Assembly: GCA_020721045.1 (NCBI GenBank)
Contig: DYNN01000002.1
Coordinates: forward strand, 15,567-79,566
Source: Thiomargarita sp.
Lineage (GTDB): Bacteria > Pseudomonadota > Gammaproteobacteria > Beggiatoales > Beggiatoaceae
Direction: 5' to 3'
Length of the DNA stretch: 64,000 nt
Every line of letters begins with the position of its first letter. Position 1 is the first letter of the stretch. The position numbers and the translations under genes were made by a program. The notes below the pieces were generated by a model. The model was not told the DNA's origin, did no database searches, and saw only the letters and a list, made by a program, of their open reading frames with translations. Of this stretch, positions 21,226 through 30,286 are shown piece after piece.

Positions 21226-22527
21226 ATGGAAGTGATTAATAATCCATTATTGGAAATTAATTACGCGTTAGATACATTTTATTTATTAATGACTGGCGCG
21301 TTAGTGATGTTCATGGCATTAGGTTTTGCCATGTTGGAATCAGGCTATGTACGTTCCAAAAATACCACAGAAATTTTAACCAAAAACGTAACACTCTATG
21401 CAATTGCTTGTGTTATGTACATGTTTGTGGGTTATGACGTGATGTATAACTCACCAACGATGGGTATGATACCTGAATTTTTTGCCGGTCTCATTCCTGA
21501 TTTTAATCAAGCCTTTCACTTCATGCTGAGTACATCTGGGAGCTATGATACAACCGAACAAGTGATGTCAGGTCAGGGCGGTACTTTTTCTAAAGGCGCA
21601 GATTTCTTCTTTCAAGTAGTTTTTGTTGCTACCTCTATGTCTATTGTGTCCGGCGCAGTTGCAGAACGGATGAAATTATGGGCGTTTTTATTTTTTGCAA
21701 TTGTGATGACGGGCTTTATTTATCCAGTACAAGGCTATTGGTCTTGGGGGGGCGGCTTTTTAAAACAATTAGGATTCAGTGACTTTGCAGGCTCAGGTGT
21801 TGTTCACTTTGCCGGCGGCATTGCTGCATTAACAGGCGTTTTACTCCTAGGTCCACGCAAAGGCAAGTACGGACATGATGGTCAAATCAACGCCATGCCT
21901 GGGGCTAATTTACCGCTGGCAACCTTAGGATTAATGATTTTATGGTTTGGCTGGTTTGGTTTTAATGGTGGTTCACAACTGAGAATTTCTAGCGTCATTG
22001 ATGCCAACGCGGTTGCTGCCATTTTTGTTAACACGAATATGTCTGCTGTAGGTGGATTGATCGCCGCTATGATTATTTCTCGTTTATTATTTGGCAAAAC
22101 TGACTTAACAGTCGTGATTAACGGCACATTAGCCGGCTTAGTTGCAATTACCGCCGAACCACTAACGCCTTCACCGGCTTATGCGACGCTGATCGGTGCT
22201 GTGGGCGGAGTATTAGTAATATTCTCTATTTTAACCTTGGATAGATTAAAAATTGACGATCCCGTGGGAGCGATTTCTGTACACGGTGTTGTAGGTATGT
22301 GGGGATTATTGGCTGTGCCTATTACCCATAAAGCAGAAACAATTAGTTTTATCAATCAAGCCAAAGGGTTAGGCAGTATTTTTCTTTGGGTATTTACTAT
22401 TAGTTTTATCGTTTGGTTTGTGCTAAAACTAACCGTCGGTATTCGTATCAGTGAAGAAGACGAATATGAAGGTGCAGATTTAGCAGAATGTGGTATGGAA
22501 GCTTATCCGGAATTTGTTCGTAAATAA
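21226..22527 (+). CDS. second ammonium transporter paralog (no signal peptide)
   Basis: Amt/MEP motifs (DTFYLLMTGALVMFM, DFAGSGVVHFAGG, WFGWFGFNGGS, SVHGVVGMWG). Separated from amtB by a terminator hairpin. Confidence 0.85.
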   Translation: MEVINNPLLEINYALDTFYLLMTGALVMFMALGFAMLESGYVRSKNTTEILTKNVTLYAIACVMYMFVGYDVMYNSPTMGMIPEFFAGLIPDFNQAFHFMLSTSGSYDTTEQVMSGQGGTFSKGADFFFQVVFVATSMSIVSGAVAERMKLWAFLFFAIVMTGFIYPVQGYWSWGGGFLKQLGFSDFAGSGVVHFAGGIAALTGVLLLGPRKGKYGHDGQINAMPGANLPLATLGLMILWFGWFGFNGGSQLRISSVIDANAVAAIFVNTNMSAVGGLIAAMIISRLLFGKTDLTVVINGTLAGLVAITAEPLTPSPAYATLIGAVGGVLVIFSILTLDRLKIDDPVGAISVHGVVGMWGLLAVPITHKAETISFINQAKGLGSIFLWVFTISFIVWFVLKLTVGIRISEEDEYEGADLAECGMEAYPEFVRK

Positions 22528-22546
22528 TTGTAATCTAAAATAAAAA

Positions 22547-22586
22547 GACCTGCCAAGTTGTTAAATTGACAGGTCATTTTATTTTT
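22547..22586. terminator. bidirectional terminator between the second amt gene and gspI
   Basis: GACCTG (22547-22552) pairs with CAGGTC (22570-22575), followed by ATTTTATTTTT. An A-run lies upstream, serving the opposite strand. Confidence 0.6.
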
Positions 22587-22615
22587 CCCCTAATTTATCA
22601 ATCTATTTCATAAAA

Positions 22616-22990
22616 TTAAAGATGGCTGCCACCTAAAAAACCGACTAGAATATCAATCGGTGTATTATCATCTGCTTGTTTATACACTTGAATATTCATT
22701 TGACGTAATTCAGGATCGGGCGTTTCTGATACTTTTATCCTCCAATACCATTCCATTCCTCCCATAGAAGCATGTCCTTTATGTTCGCCGATATCAAGCC
22801 ATTGATTTGCAATTTGTAATTCAGTGAACACATTCATCGCCACCCAATGGGCAAGTGTTTTGTCGCGTAAATAAGCTGTATTATCAATATATTGTGCAGT
22901 TGTTCTAAGAATAGCCGTTAGCGCAGTTGCTAAAATAGCTAAGGCAACTAACACTTCTAACAACGTAAATCCATTAATTAATTTTCTCAT
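22616..22990 (-). CDS. gspI: type II secretion pseudopilin GspI
   Basis: Prepilin N-methylation motif NGFTLLEVLVALAILA and the GspI-like pattern AHWVAMNVFTELQ. 124 aa. Confidence 0.75.
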   Translation of the reverse strand: MRKLINGFTLLEVLVALAILATALTAILRTTAQYIDNTAYLRDKTLAHWVAMNVFTELQIANQWLDIGEHKGHASMGGMEWYWRIKVSETPDPELRQMNIQVYKQADDNTPIDILVGFLGGSHL

Positions 22991-23501
22991 GTGGAACGAT
23001 CTCTATTGTACCATTCGCCATACCAGTGACATTATGCGTATAGCGTTCATCAACTATACAAGTCAAAGTGATTGTAAAAGGCGTCATTTCTCCACTGGAA
23101 AATAAAACAACTTGTGGTATTTTTTTTACAGTTGACTCCAAAACGACGCTTTCACCTTCCACTTCCAACTGTGCTTCAATACAACTTTGAAAAACATAAG
23201 GACGCATAATATCCTCTTGTATTTGCCAAGCATCACTTTCTAAACGGTAAAAACGATAACCAGTCTGCTCAAAGTACACGCCCATTTCCTGTCCTTGCAA
23301 AATAGCTTCTTGACTGGCTAAAGTTAATACCGCGGCTAAACGTTGCGCGGCTTCTGTCATTTGAGATTTGGCATCACTTTGATGAATTGATAATGTCGCA
23401 AAAGTTAAAATAATACCAATGATAACAATAACAACTAACAATTCTAATAAAGTAAACCCTTGTAACAGTTTAGTATATTTTAAGTTGGCAGGTTTCATCA
23501 T
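22974..23501 (-). CDS. gspH: type II secretion pseudopilin GspH/FimT family
   Basis: QGFTLLELLVVIVIIGII prepilin motif, 175 aa. Overlaps gspI by 17 nt. Confidence 0.7.
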   Translation of the reverse strand: MMKPANLKYTKLLQGFTLLELLVVIVIIGIILTFATLSIHQSDAKSQMTEAAQRLAAVLTLASQEAILQGQEMGVYFEQTGYRFYRLESDAWQIQEDIMRPYVFQSCIEAQLEVEGESVVLESTVKKIPQVVLFSSGEMTPFTITLTCIVDERYTHNVTGMANGTIEIVPHEKIN

Positions 23502-23634
23502 TAATCTAATTTGTAATTTTCTTGCTTTCCTTTACAATGCTCATATATTTTATACGCTGTCATTTTTATCATCTGTAACGCGTTTTCAAGGTAAATAGAC
23601 AATGTCTCTATCGTTATTATCCGGTTGATTAGTC

Positions 23635-24357
23635 ATGCGAAAAGAAAATAATATTCATACCCAATGTCCCCACTGCCAAACAATTTTCCGCGTTAATTCC
23701 GCACATCTTAATATTGCCAAAGGACATGTGCGATGTAGTCGCTGTCACAGTATTTTCAATGCATTAAATTATCTCACTAAAGAGTCATCACAACCCACTA
23801 GCCATTCTCAGCTTGCTGATGTCGAAGTACATGATTTATCAGATGAAGATGTTTATAAATCGCGTAGTTTAGGCAGTTTTTTGTTCTGGACATTAATTGT
23901 TATTGTGATGACAGGCTTATTAGTGGGACAGGCAATTTGGTTGCTAAAACGAGACTTAGTTTTACAACACTCAGACCTGCGCCCTTGGTTAATCCGTTTT
24001 TGTGATGTTTTATTATGTGATTTGCCACAAACCCGTAATATCGCCCTTTTTCATGTTGAAGATCACTTAATACAAGTGCATCCAACAATGGAGAATGCAT
24101 TGCAAGCCGATGTCACTTTTACCAATACGGCAACTTTTCCACAGCCTTATCCCAAACTAGAATTGACTTTTGAAAATACTGAAAAAAATCCCGTTGCCCG
24201 TCGCGTTTTCACCGCCGCTGAATACATGGGAAGTACTGATAATCTTCAAGAAATTCTACCAAATGCTAGTATACATTTACGCCTAGAATTGCAAGATACC
24301 AATGATCTGATTGAAGGTAAAGAATTAATTCACGGTTATCGATTTGATTTTTTGTAG
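23635..24357 (+). CDS. zinc-ribbon membrane protein (MJ0042-type ribbon plus a DUF3426-like C-terminal domain)
   Basis: CPHC-x17-CSRC zinc ribbon at the N-terminus, one TM (FLFWTLIVIVMTGLLVG), then a beta-rich C-terminal domain. Confidence 0.6.
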   Translation: MRKENNIHTQCPHCQTIFRVNSAHLNIAKGHVRCSRCHSIFNALNYLTKESSQPTSHSQLADVEVHDLSDEDVYKSRSLGSFLFWTLIVIVMTGLLVGQAIWLLKRDLVLQHSDLRPWLIRFCDVLLCDLPQTRNIALFHVEDHLIQVHPTMENALQADVTFTNTATFPQPYPKLELTFENTEKNPVARRVFTAAEYMGSTDNLQEILPNASIHLRLELQDTNDLIEGKELIHGYRFDFL

Positions 24358-24451
24358 TAAATTGGGTGAAAATAATCAATTCACTTGATAATTATCAATA
24401 TTCCCTTAAATTAAAAAATAACTTCAGTCCAATAAGGCAATTTATCTCATT

Positions 24452-25111
24452 ATGAATAACGCAGTGATTATTAATCCACCTCAGCCTGCCAATGCAAGTG
24501 TGATTTGGTTACACGGATTAGGCGCGGATGGACATGATTTTGAATCGATTATTACCCACTTTGCGCCCGCTGTGACTGAACGTACACGCTTTATTTTTCC
24601 ACATGCTCCATTGCGTGAAATTACGATCAATATGGGAATGCGTATGCGCGGTTGGTACGATGTAGCCGCTATGAATTTGACTAAACAACAAGATGAAAAG
24701 GGTATTCGCGAATCTGAACAGTTAATTCATACTTTTATTCAAACCGAATTGCAAGCCAATATTACCAATCAACGTATTATTTTAGCAGGTTTTTCTCAAG
24801 GTGGTGCCATTGCACTACATACAGGTTTACGTTATCCACAATCATTAGGTGGAATTATGGCATTATCAACTTATTTGCCATTGGCAGATACACTTGTTGC
24901 TGAAAAACGCGCTGAAAACGATAATATTGCTATTTTTATGGGACACGGTTTACACGACCCCGTTATTGGCGTTGCACAAGGACAAAAAAGTAAAGAATAT
25001 TTGGAATCATTAGGCTATCACGTAGAATGGCATAAATATACCATGGAACACCATATCAATATGGCAGAAATTGCTGATATTGGACAATGGTTAGCTGCGC
25101 GTTTAAGTTAA
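24452..25111 (+). CDS. carboxylesterase/phospholipase family alpha/beta hydrolase
   Basis: VIWLHGLGADGHDF, nucleophile elbow GFSQGGA, and a late GHGLHDPV His/Asp region. 219 aa. Confidence 0.8.
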   Translation: MNNAVIINPPQPANASVIWLHGLGADGHDFESIITHFAPAVTERTRFIFPHAPLREITINMGMRMRGWYDVAAMNLTKQQDEKGIRESEQLIHTFIQTELQANITNQRIILAGFSQGGAIALHTGLRYPQSLGGIMALSTYLPLADTLVAEKRAENDNIAIFMGHGLHDPVIGVAQGQKSKEYLESLGYHVEWHKYTMEHHINMAEIADIGQWLAARLS

Positions 25112-25182
25112 GTGGCTTGTATTTTGCCTCCTGCGATTAATGAAAAAAATAGCCATCTATTTATATTTAAAAAGAGTCGCTT

Positions 25183-26070
25183 ATGAACAAAAAAAAGATT
25201 CGTAAAGCAGTTTTTCCCGTTGCTGGTTTAGGTACTCGTTTTTTACCTGCAACCAAAGCCAGCCCAAAGGAAATGTTGCCGATTGTAGATAAACCGTTAA
25301 TTCAATACGCGGCTGAAGAAGTAATTGCAGCGGGTATTGAACAACTTATTTTTGTAACCAGTAGTAGTAAACGCGCAATTGAAGATCATTTTGATAAAAA
25401 TCAAGAACTTGAAGACGAATTAAGTCGACGGGGCAAAAATCAATATTTGGACATGATTCGTCACATTGTGCCACAAAAAGTATCATGTATTTATATTCGT
25501 CAACCTGAAGCATTGGGGTTAGGACATGCCGTTTTATGTGCGAAACCTGTTGTTGGTGACGAACCATTTGCGGTTATCTTAGCAGATGATTTGATTGATG
25601 GTAAAGATCGCCCTTGTTTACTACAAATGGTAGAACAATATCAAGAATATCAACATAGTATCATTGCTGTTGAGGAAGTCAATCCAAATGAAACAAATCA
25701 GTATGGCATTATTAAAGCAGATTTTGTTAATAATCAAATATCTAAATTAAATCGTATCGTAGAAAAACCCGCACCAGCAGATGCCCCTTCTAATTTAGGT
25801 GTTGTAGGACGTTATTTATTAAATCCCAGTATTTTTAATCATTTAGAACAAATTGGACGAGGCGCAGGTGGAGAAATTCAACTAACTGATGCAATTGCTA
25901 GTTTATTGATGGAAGAATCTGTTTTTAGTTATCAATTTGAAGGGACACGTTATGATTGTGGTAGTAAATTAGGTTATTTAACCGCCACCATCAATTATGC
26001 GTTACAACATGTTGAATTATCTGATGATTTTAGAAATTTTTTACGTAACTGTTGTCGCGAACATATGTGA
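25183..26070 (+). CDS. galU: UTP--glucose-1-phosphate uridylyltransferase
   Basis: KAVFPVAGLGTRFLPATKASPKEMLPIVDKPLIQY, VEKP and GRYLL motifs. 295 aa. Confidence 0.9.
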   Translation: MNKKKIRKAVFPVAGLGTRFLPATKASPKEMLPIVDKPLIQYAAEEVIAAGIEQLIFVTSSSKRAIEDHFDKNQELEDELSRRGKNQYLDMIRHIVPQKVSCIYIRQPEALGLGHAVLCAKPVVGDEPFAVILADDLIDGKDRPCLLQMVEQYQEYQHSIIAVEEVNPNETNQYGIIKADFVNNQISKLNRIVEKPAPADAPSNLGVVGRYLLNPSIFNHLEQIGRGAGGEIQLTDAIASLLMEESVFSYQFEGTRYDCGSKLGYLTATINYALQHVELSDDFRNFLRNCCREHM

Positions 26071-26106
26071 TTGACACGCATTAAATTTGACTGAATATTT
26101 AGTAAC

Positions 26107-26135
26107 GATGCGGTGGTAAGCCGCATCATTTCTCA
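26107..26135. terminator. hairpin between convergent galU and the cas6-like gene
   Basis: GATGCGG (26107-26113) pairs with CCGCATC (26121-26127), followed by ATTTCTCATTT. Confidence 0.5.
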
Positions 26136-26136
26136 T

Positions 26137-26823
26137 TTATTTCTTTTGTTGATCGTCATCCAGTGCTTTAATGTCTTTATGTGGAACAAATAAGCCACAT
26201 CCCATTTTTCGCCCCATTCCTAAGCCTTCTTGCTGTAAAGTGATTGAATCTTCAGGACTTAAATCAGCTAACATCAAACTGCGAGTAAATAAATTGGCTG
26301 TTGGAGTTTTTATATAATTTGTTTTGCCACACAATGCCTTACGACAACTAACGCCTATTTTTCCCAATTGATCAATCGCAGTACGTAAAAAATCATCTTC
26401 TGTTTGCGTTTCTTCAGCAATTATATGGCGTGCAAACAATACTGGCATTTTTAATAAAGCCTTTTCCATTCCTTTACCAATAATCCGTAACGTATGTCCT
26501 TGAATATTTAACACTTGATCTGTCAATATTTGTACATCAGCAAGGCGATGTTGTGGAATACGTAAAATTAATTTTGTACGATGTGACAAATAAAGTGTAG
26601 TTGTATCAGGACGTTGCCATCCATTACCCGATTCTGCAACACGAATTAAATGTAAACCGGCATAAATTTCGTCTTCAAACCAAAGCAGCACCCGTTGAAT
26701 CGCTTGTGATAAGGCATATGCGTGATCAAAGGGTAAACTCGGACAATCAATGCTAAAAGCGACATCAATACAAATTTGTGGTGGATTTTCTTCGATAATA
26801 GGATCGTCATCTTGCCATAACAT
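26137..26823 (-). CDS. Cas6-like RAMP protein (Cmx6-type), orphan
   Basis: 228 aa. C-terminal glycine-rich loop GLGMGRKMGCGLF fits the Cas6 G-h-G-x5-G-h-G signature. From memory, the overall pattern (MLWQDDD..., HLIRVAESGNGW, FTRSLMLADLSPEDS) resembles the small Cas6/Cmx6 family. No CRISPR array or other cas gene is in the window. Confidence 0.5.
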   Translation of the reverse strand: MLWQDDDPIIEENPPQICIDVAFSIDCPSLPFDHAYALSQAIQRVLLWFEDEIYAGLHLIRVAESGNGWQRPDTTTLYLSHRTKLILRIPQHRLADVQILTDQVLNIQGHTLRIIGKGMEKALLKMPVLFARHIIAEETQTEDDFLRTAIDQLGKIGVSCRKALCGKTNYIKTPTANLFTRSLMLADLSPEDSITLQQEGLGMGRKMGCGLFVPHKDIKALDDDQQKK

Positions 26824-26880
26824 AAGTTTTCTACGCTTTCGATTAAAATTGGATAAATATGGGTTATTTTGTTAAATTAA

Positions 26881-27354
26881 CTAAAAAATTTGTCCGCGGT
26901 AAATACGCTTGGCTTTTTTAGTATCATTCGTTTCTGTTGATGATAATTGGTCAGCGATTTTTGGTAAATTTTCTTCAATAAAATCATTATTATATACAAT
27001 ATTGCCGCGATATATGCGTGTGACTTTTTCTGCAATATTTGGCAAAGGTTCGTAGGTATAACCTAACTCATTAAAAATATTTATTGTAGACAATTGAGTA
27101 GAGTGATCAATGAAAGAAAATAGCACTTTTTCGGAAAAATTACATTTAGCTAAAGCAATATTTTTAATATGTTGTAATGCCTCATGATTTCTCCAATGAT
27201 CAAAAAAACAGTAGGTAATTTCCCCGACTTTAATTACAAATCCAGCCGCGTGACTATTGTGAACAGACATGAATAGTGTACCCGTTTTTTGATTTAAACA
27301 GAGTTCATTTAACCATTGAATTAATTGAGTTTGATTTAAAATTTTGTTCAACAT
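26881..27354 (-). CDS. hypothetical protein (possibly a DUF4388/PATAN-like N-terminal domain) with two C-terminal RIYRG repeats
   Basis: Start moved to the ATG at 27354 (MLNKILNQ...), which removes the 47-nt overlap with the upstream permease. LIQWLNELCLNQKTGTLFM weakly resembles DUF4388. The C-terminus has TRIYRGNIV and KRIYRGQIF. Confidence 0.4.
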   Translation of the reverse strand: MLNKILNQTQLIQWLNELCLNQKTGTLFMSVHNSHAAGFVIKVGEITYCFFDHWRNHEALQHIKNIALAKCNFSEKVLFSFIDHSTQLSTINIFNELGYTYEPLPNIAEKVTRIYRGNIVYNNDFIEENLPKIADQLSSTETNDTKKAKRIYRGQIF

Positions 27355-27370
27355 TTTGCCTATCTTCAAA

Positions 27371-28159
27371 TTAGTAAAATAACATTTTAATTCCAACGCC
27401 TGCGAGCAGAAGGGCAAAAATCCGTTTTAATAGTGTAACAGGTAATGTATGCGCTAATTTTGCGCCTAAAGGTGCGAATAACACACTGGTTATTGCAATA
27501 GTTAAAAAAGCAGGCAAATAAATGTAACCCACTTGTCCGGTTGAAAAATTGGTATCTTGCCAGCCAGTGATAATAAAACCCACAGTTCCTGCAATCGCAA
27601 TAGGCAAGCCGCAAGCCGCTGATGTGGCAATTGCATGACGAATTGAAAGATTGCTCCAAGTTAAAAAAGGCACCGTTAGTAAACCGCCACCAATCCCTAC
27701 TAATCCGGATAAACTACCAATTAATACACCCATGATATTCATGCCAAACCAGTTGAGTAATTGACGGTGTGACTTAGGTTGAATGCCAATAGCCATTTGA
27801 ATTGAAACGAATATAATGAAAATCCCAAAAATAATACGTAAAGTATCAGTTGGTATCATATTAGCGATTATCGCGCCCAACAATGCACCTATAATAATAC
27901 CGATTGTTAATTGTCTCACTATGTCCCATTGTATTACCCTATGTTGTTGATGTGCCACAATGGATGAGATCGCGGTAATCACAATGGTAGCAAGCGAAGT
28001 ACCAATGGCAATGTGCATTAAATGTGCTTGTGTAATGTCTTGATGTACTGATAAAATCCACGTTAAAATAGGTACAATAATTGTTCCACCACCAACTCCC
28101 AATAAACCTGCTAAAATACCGACAATGATGCCCACTACTAGTAAGGTTAGAATTTCCAA
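27371..28159 (-). CDS. TauE/SafE-family (DUF81) anion permease
   Basis: 262 aa, about 8 TM helices arranged as two repeats, each with a GxGGG motif (LLGVGGGTIIVP, LVGIGGGLLTVP). Confidence 0.8.
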   Translation of the reverse strand: MEILTLLVVGIIVGILAGLLGVGGGTIIVPILTWILSVHQDITQAHLMHIAIGTSLATIVITAISSIVAHQQHRVIQWDIVRQLTIGIIIGALLGAIIANMIPTDTLRIIFGIFIIFVSIQMAIGIQPKSHRQLLNWFGMNIMGVLIGSLSGLVGIGGGLLTVPFLTWSNLSIRHAIATSAACGLPIAIAGTVGFIITGWQDTNFSTGQVGYIYLPAFLTIAITSVLFAPLGAKLAHTLPVTLLKRIFALLLAGVGIKMLFY

Positions 28160-28242
28160 TATTTTATCCTAGATGGTTTTATTCTTGAAGTTTTCGAATA
28201 TTACCAAAATACTCTTTTTATAATAATTAGTTACTTCTATTT

Positions 28243-30282
28243 ATGCAATTTTTTAAACGATACAATTATATCATGTTGACAACTCTGATTGCCGTATTTA
28301 GTGTGGCATTTGGGTTATTTTATTTACAATATAGTACACAATATCAATATGAAATCAGTGAATTACAAGATGTATTTGAAGAAAAGCTGTTTGACATTGA
28401 ACATGTGGCTCAAACTACTGAAGAACAAGTACAGGCGATGAAATATAAGGCTGAAACTTATTTAGTCACGCATTTACAGCCACAAAATTCTTTACTTTTT
28501 AATCAATTACAACAAGTTAATGAATCTTCCTATAATTTGGATAATGTACAATCGCCTTTTGATGAAACGATGATTGGTAATTTAACCGGTCAAGGTCGAT
28601 TGGATAAGCGTGATGCTAATTTTTATCGAGAACTTGATATGGCATTAGATTTAAGTCCATTATTTACAATTGCTCAACGTAATGTTCCAAATGCCACATG
28701 GATTTATTACACTTCTGCTAATTATTTTATGTCGTTTTACCCGTGGATAGAATCTACTGAATTTAGTTTTGCTGAAGAGTTTTATAAATATGAATTTTAT
28801 ACGTTAGGATTACCAAATAATAATCTTAGCGGTACAATTTTTTGGACCAATCCCTACATTGATGCAGCGGGGAAAGGGCTCATGGTGACTTGTGCTATAC
28901 CAATTTATGAAAATAAACGTTTCCTTGGCACAGTAGCCATCAACCTTACTTTGACAACACTCAATCAAATGATACAAGATTTTCCCTACCCCACTGAAAA
29001 TTTGTTACTAGTCAATGATAATTATCAATTATTAGCGCATAGCAAGATGTTAAGTTCGCAAGCCGTACAATCGGCTAAAATCGGTTTTCCAACAGACATG
29101 CAGGCACAATGGCAGACTTTATTTCAGCACCCAGAAGGAGAAATTGTTAAAATAGGCGATTATCTAGCGATTTACAAAAAATTGTCTAATGTGCCTTGGA
29201 AATTAATTTTATTATTACCTAACCAATTGATTGTAAAAAATGTTATCTATAAAACGAGTTGGGGATTTATTATTTTATTGCCTTGCTTATTAGTCGTGTT
29301 GCTCATTACTTATCTTGTGACGCATCAAGAATTTATCCGTCCAGCGGGTTATTTAATTGAACATATTGAAAATGAGAGTAAAGTCATATCAAAACTAATC
29401 CCTAAAGTACCCACTGATTGGCATATATGGTTTACAACAGTGTCTAATATTTTTGCTCAAAATCGTGATTTATTCGCAGAACTCAAAGAATATTCTGCTT
29501 CTTTAGAAGAAAAAGTGCAGGAGCGAACACGAGATATTATTTTTAAAAACAAAACCTTAGTTTTGCTCAATCAAGAAAAAAACGAATTTTTAGGCATTGT
29601 TGCCCATGATTTAAAAAATCCATTGTCCGCCATTTTGAATCTTGCGCAAATGATCCAAGAAGCAAAAGGAGATTTAAGTCAAGAAGAATTATTGGAATAC
29701 GCTGATATTATTGAAATGAGCGCGCATAATATGTTCCAATTAATTACTAATTTGTTGGATGTTAACGCAATTGAATCTGGAAAAATGAATGTTAATCTGG
29801 AAATTATTGACATTTCTTCTATTATTAAAAGAACGATTGCTAATTATGCTGAACAAGCGAAACGTAAAAATATTACCATACATTTAAAATATTTAGGTGA
29901 AAAGACCGGCTCTTATTGGGCTTTTGTTGATATAAATCTTACCCAACAAATTTTGGACAATGTCGTTTCTAATGCCATTAAATACTCACCGCAAGGTAAA
30001 AATGTTTGCGTTCGATTGACTGATCTTGAAAAACAGGTACGTTGTGAAATTGAAGATGAAGGACCAGGATTAAGCGCGGATGAACAGAAAAAATTGTTTG
30101 GCAAATTCACCCGACTCAGCCCTAAACCTACAGGTGGTGAGCATTCAACCGGTTTAGGATTATTTATTGTTAAAAAATTGGTCGATACGCTTGCAGGTCA
30201 AGTTTGGTGTCAAAGTGAAGTGGGTAAAGGAACTCGTTTTATTATCGAATTTCCTAAAAATAGCATTAACAACATGAGCTAA
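28243..30282 (+). CDS. sensor histidine kinase with periplasmic double-Cache-like domain
   Basis: TM, ~300-aa extracytoplasmic domain (WIYYTSANYFMSFYPW, WTNPYIDAAGKGLMVTCAIPIY), second TM, then HisKA H-box FLGIVAHDLKNPLS and the HATPase boxes DNVVSNAIKYSP, EDEGPGL, GGEHSTGLGLFIVKKL. Confidence 0.8.
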   Translation: MQFFKRYNYIMLTTLIAVFSVAFGLFYLQYSTQYQYEISELQDVFEEKLFDIEHVAQTTEEQVQAMKYKAETYLVTHLQPQNSLLFNQLQQVNESSYNLDNVQSPFDETMIGNLTGQGRLDKRDANFYRELDMALDLSPLFTIAQRNVPNATWIYYTSANYFMSFYPWIESTEFSFAEEFYKYEFYTLGLPNNNLSGTIFWTNPYIDAAGKGLMVTCAIPIYENKRFLGTVAINLTLTTLNQMIQDFPYPTENLLLVNDNYQLLAHSKMLSSQAVQSAKIGFPTDMQAQWQTLFQHPEGEIVKIGDYLAIYKKLSNVPWKLILLLPNQLIVKNVIYKTSWGFIILLPCLLVVLLITYLVTHQEFIRPAGYLIEHIENESKVISKLIPKVPTDWHIWFTTVSNIFAQNRDLFAELKEYSASLEEKVQERTRDIIFKNKTLVLLNQEKNEFLGIVAHDLKNPLSAILNLAQMIQEAKGDLSQEELLEYADIIEMSAHNMFQLITNLLDVNAIESGKMNVNLEIIDISSIIKRTIANYAEQAKRKNITIHLKYLGEKTGSYWAFVDINLTQQILDNVVSNAIKYSPQGKNVCVRLTDLEKQVRCEIEDEGPGLSADEQKKLFGKFTRLSPKPTGGEHSTGLGLFIVKKLVDTLAGQVWCQSEVGKGTRFIIEFPKNSINNMS

Positions 30283-30286
30283 CAAC

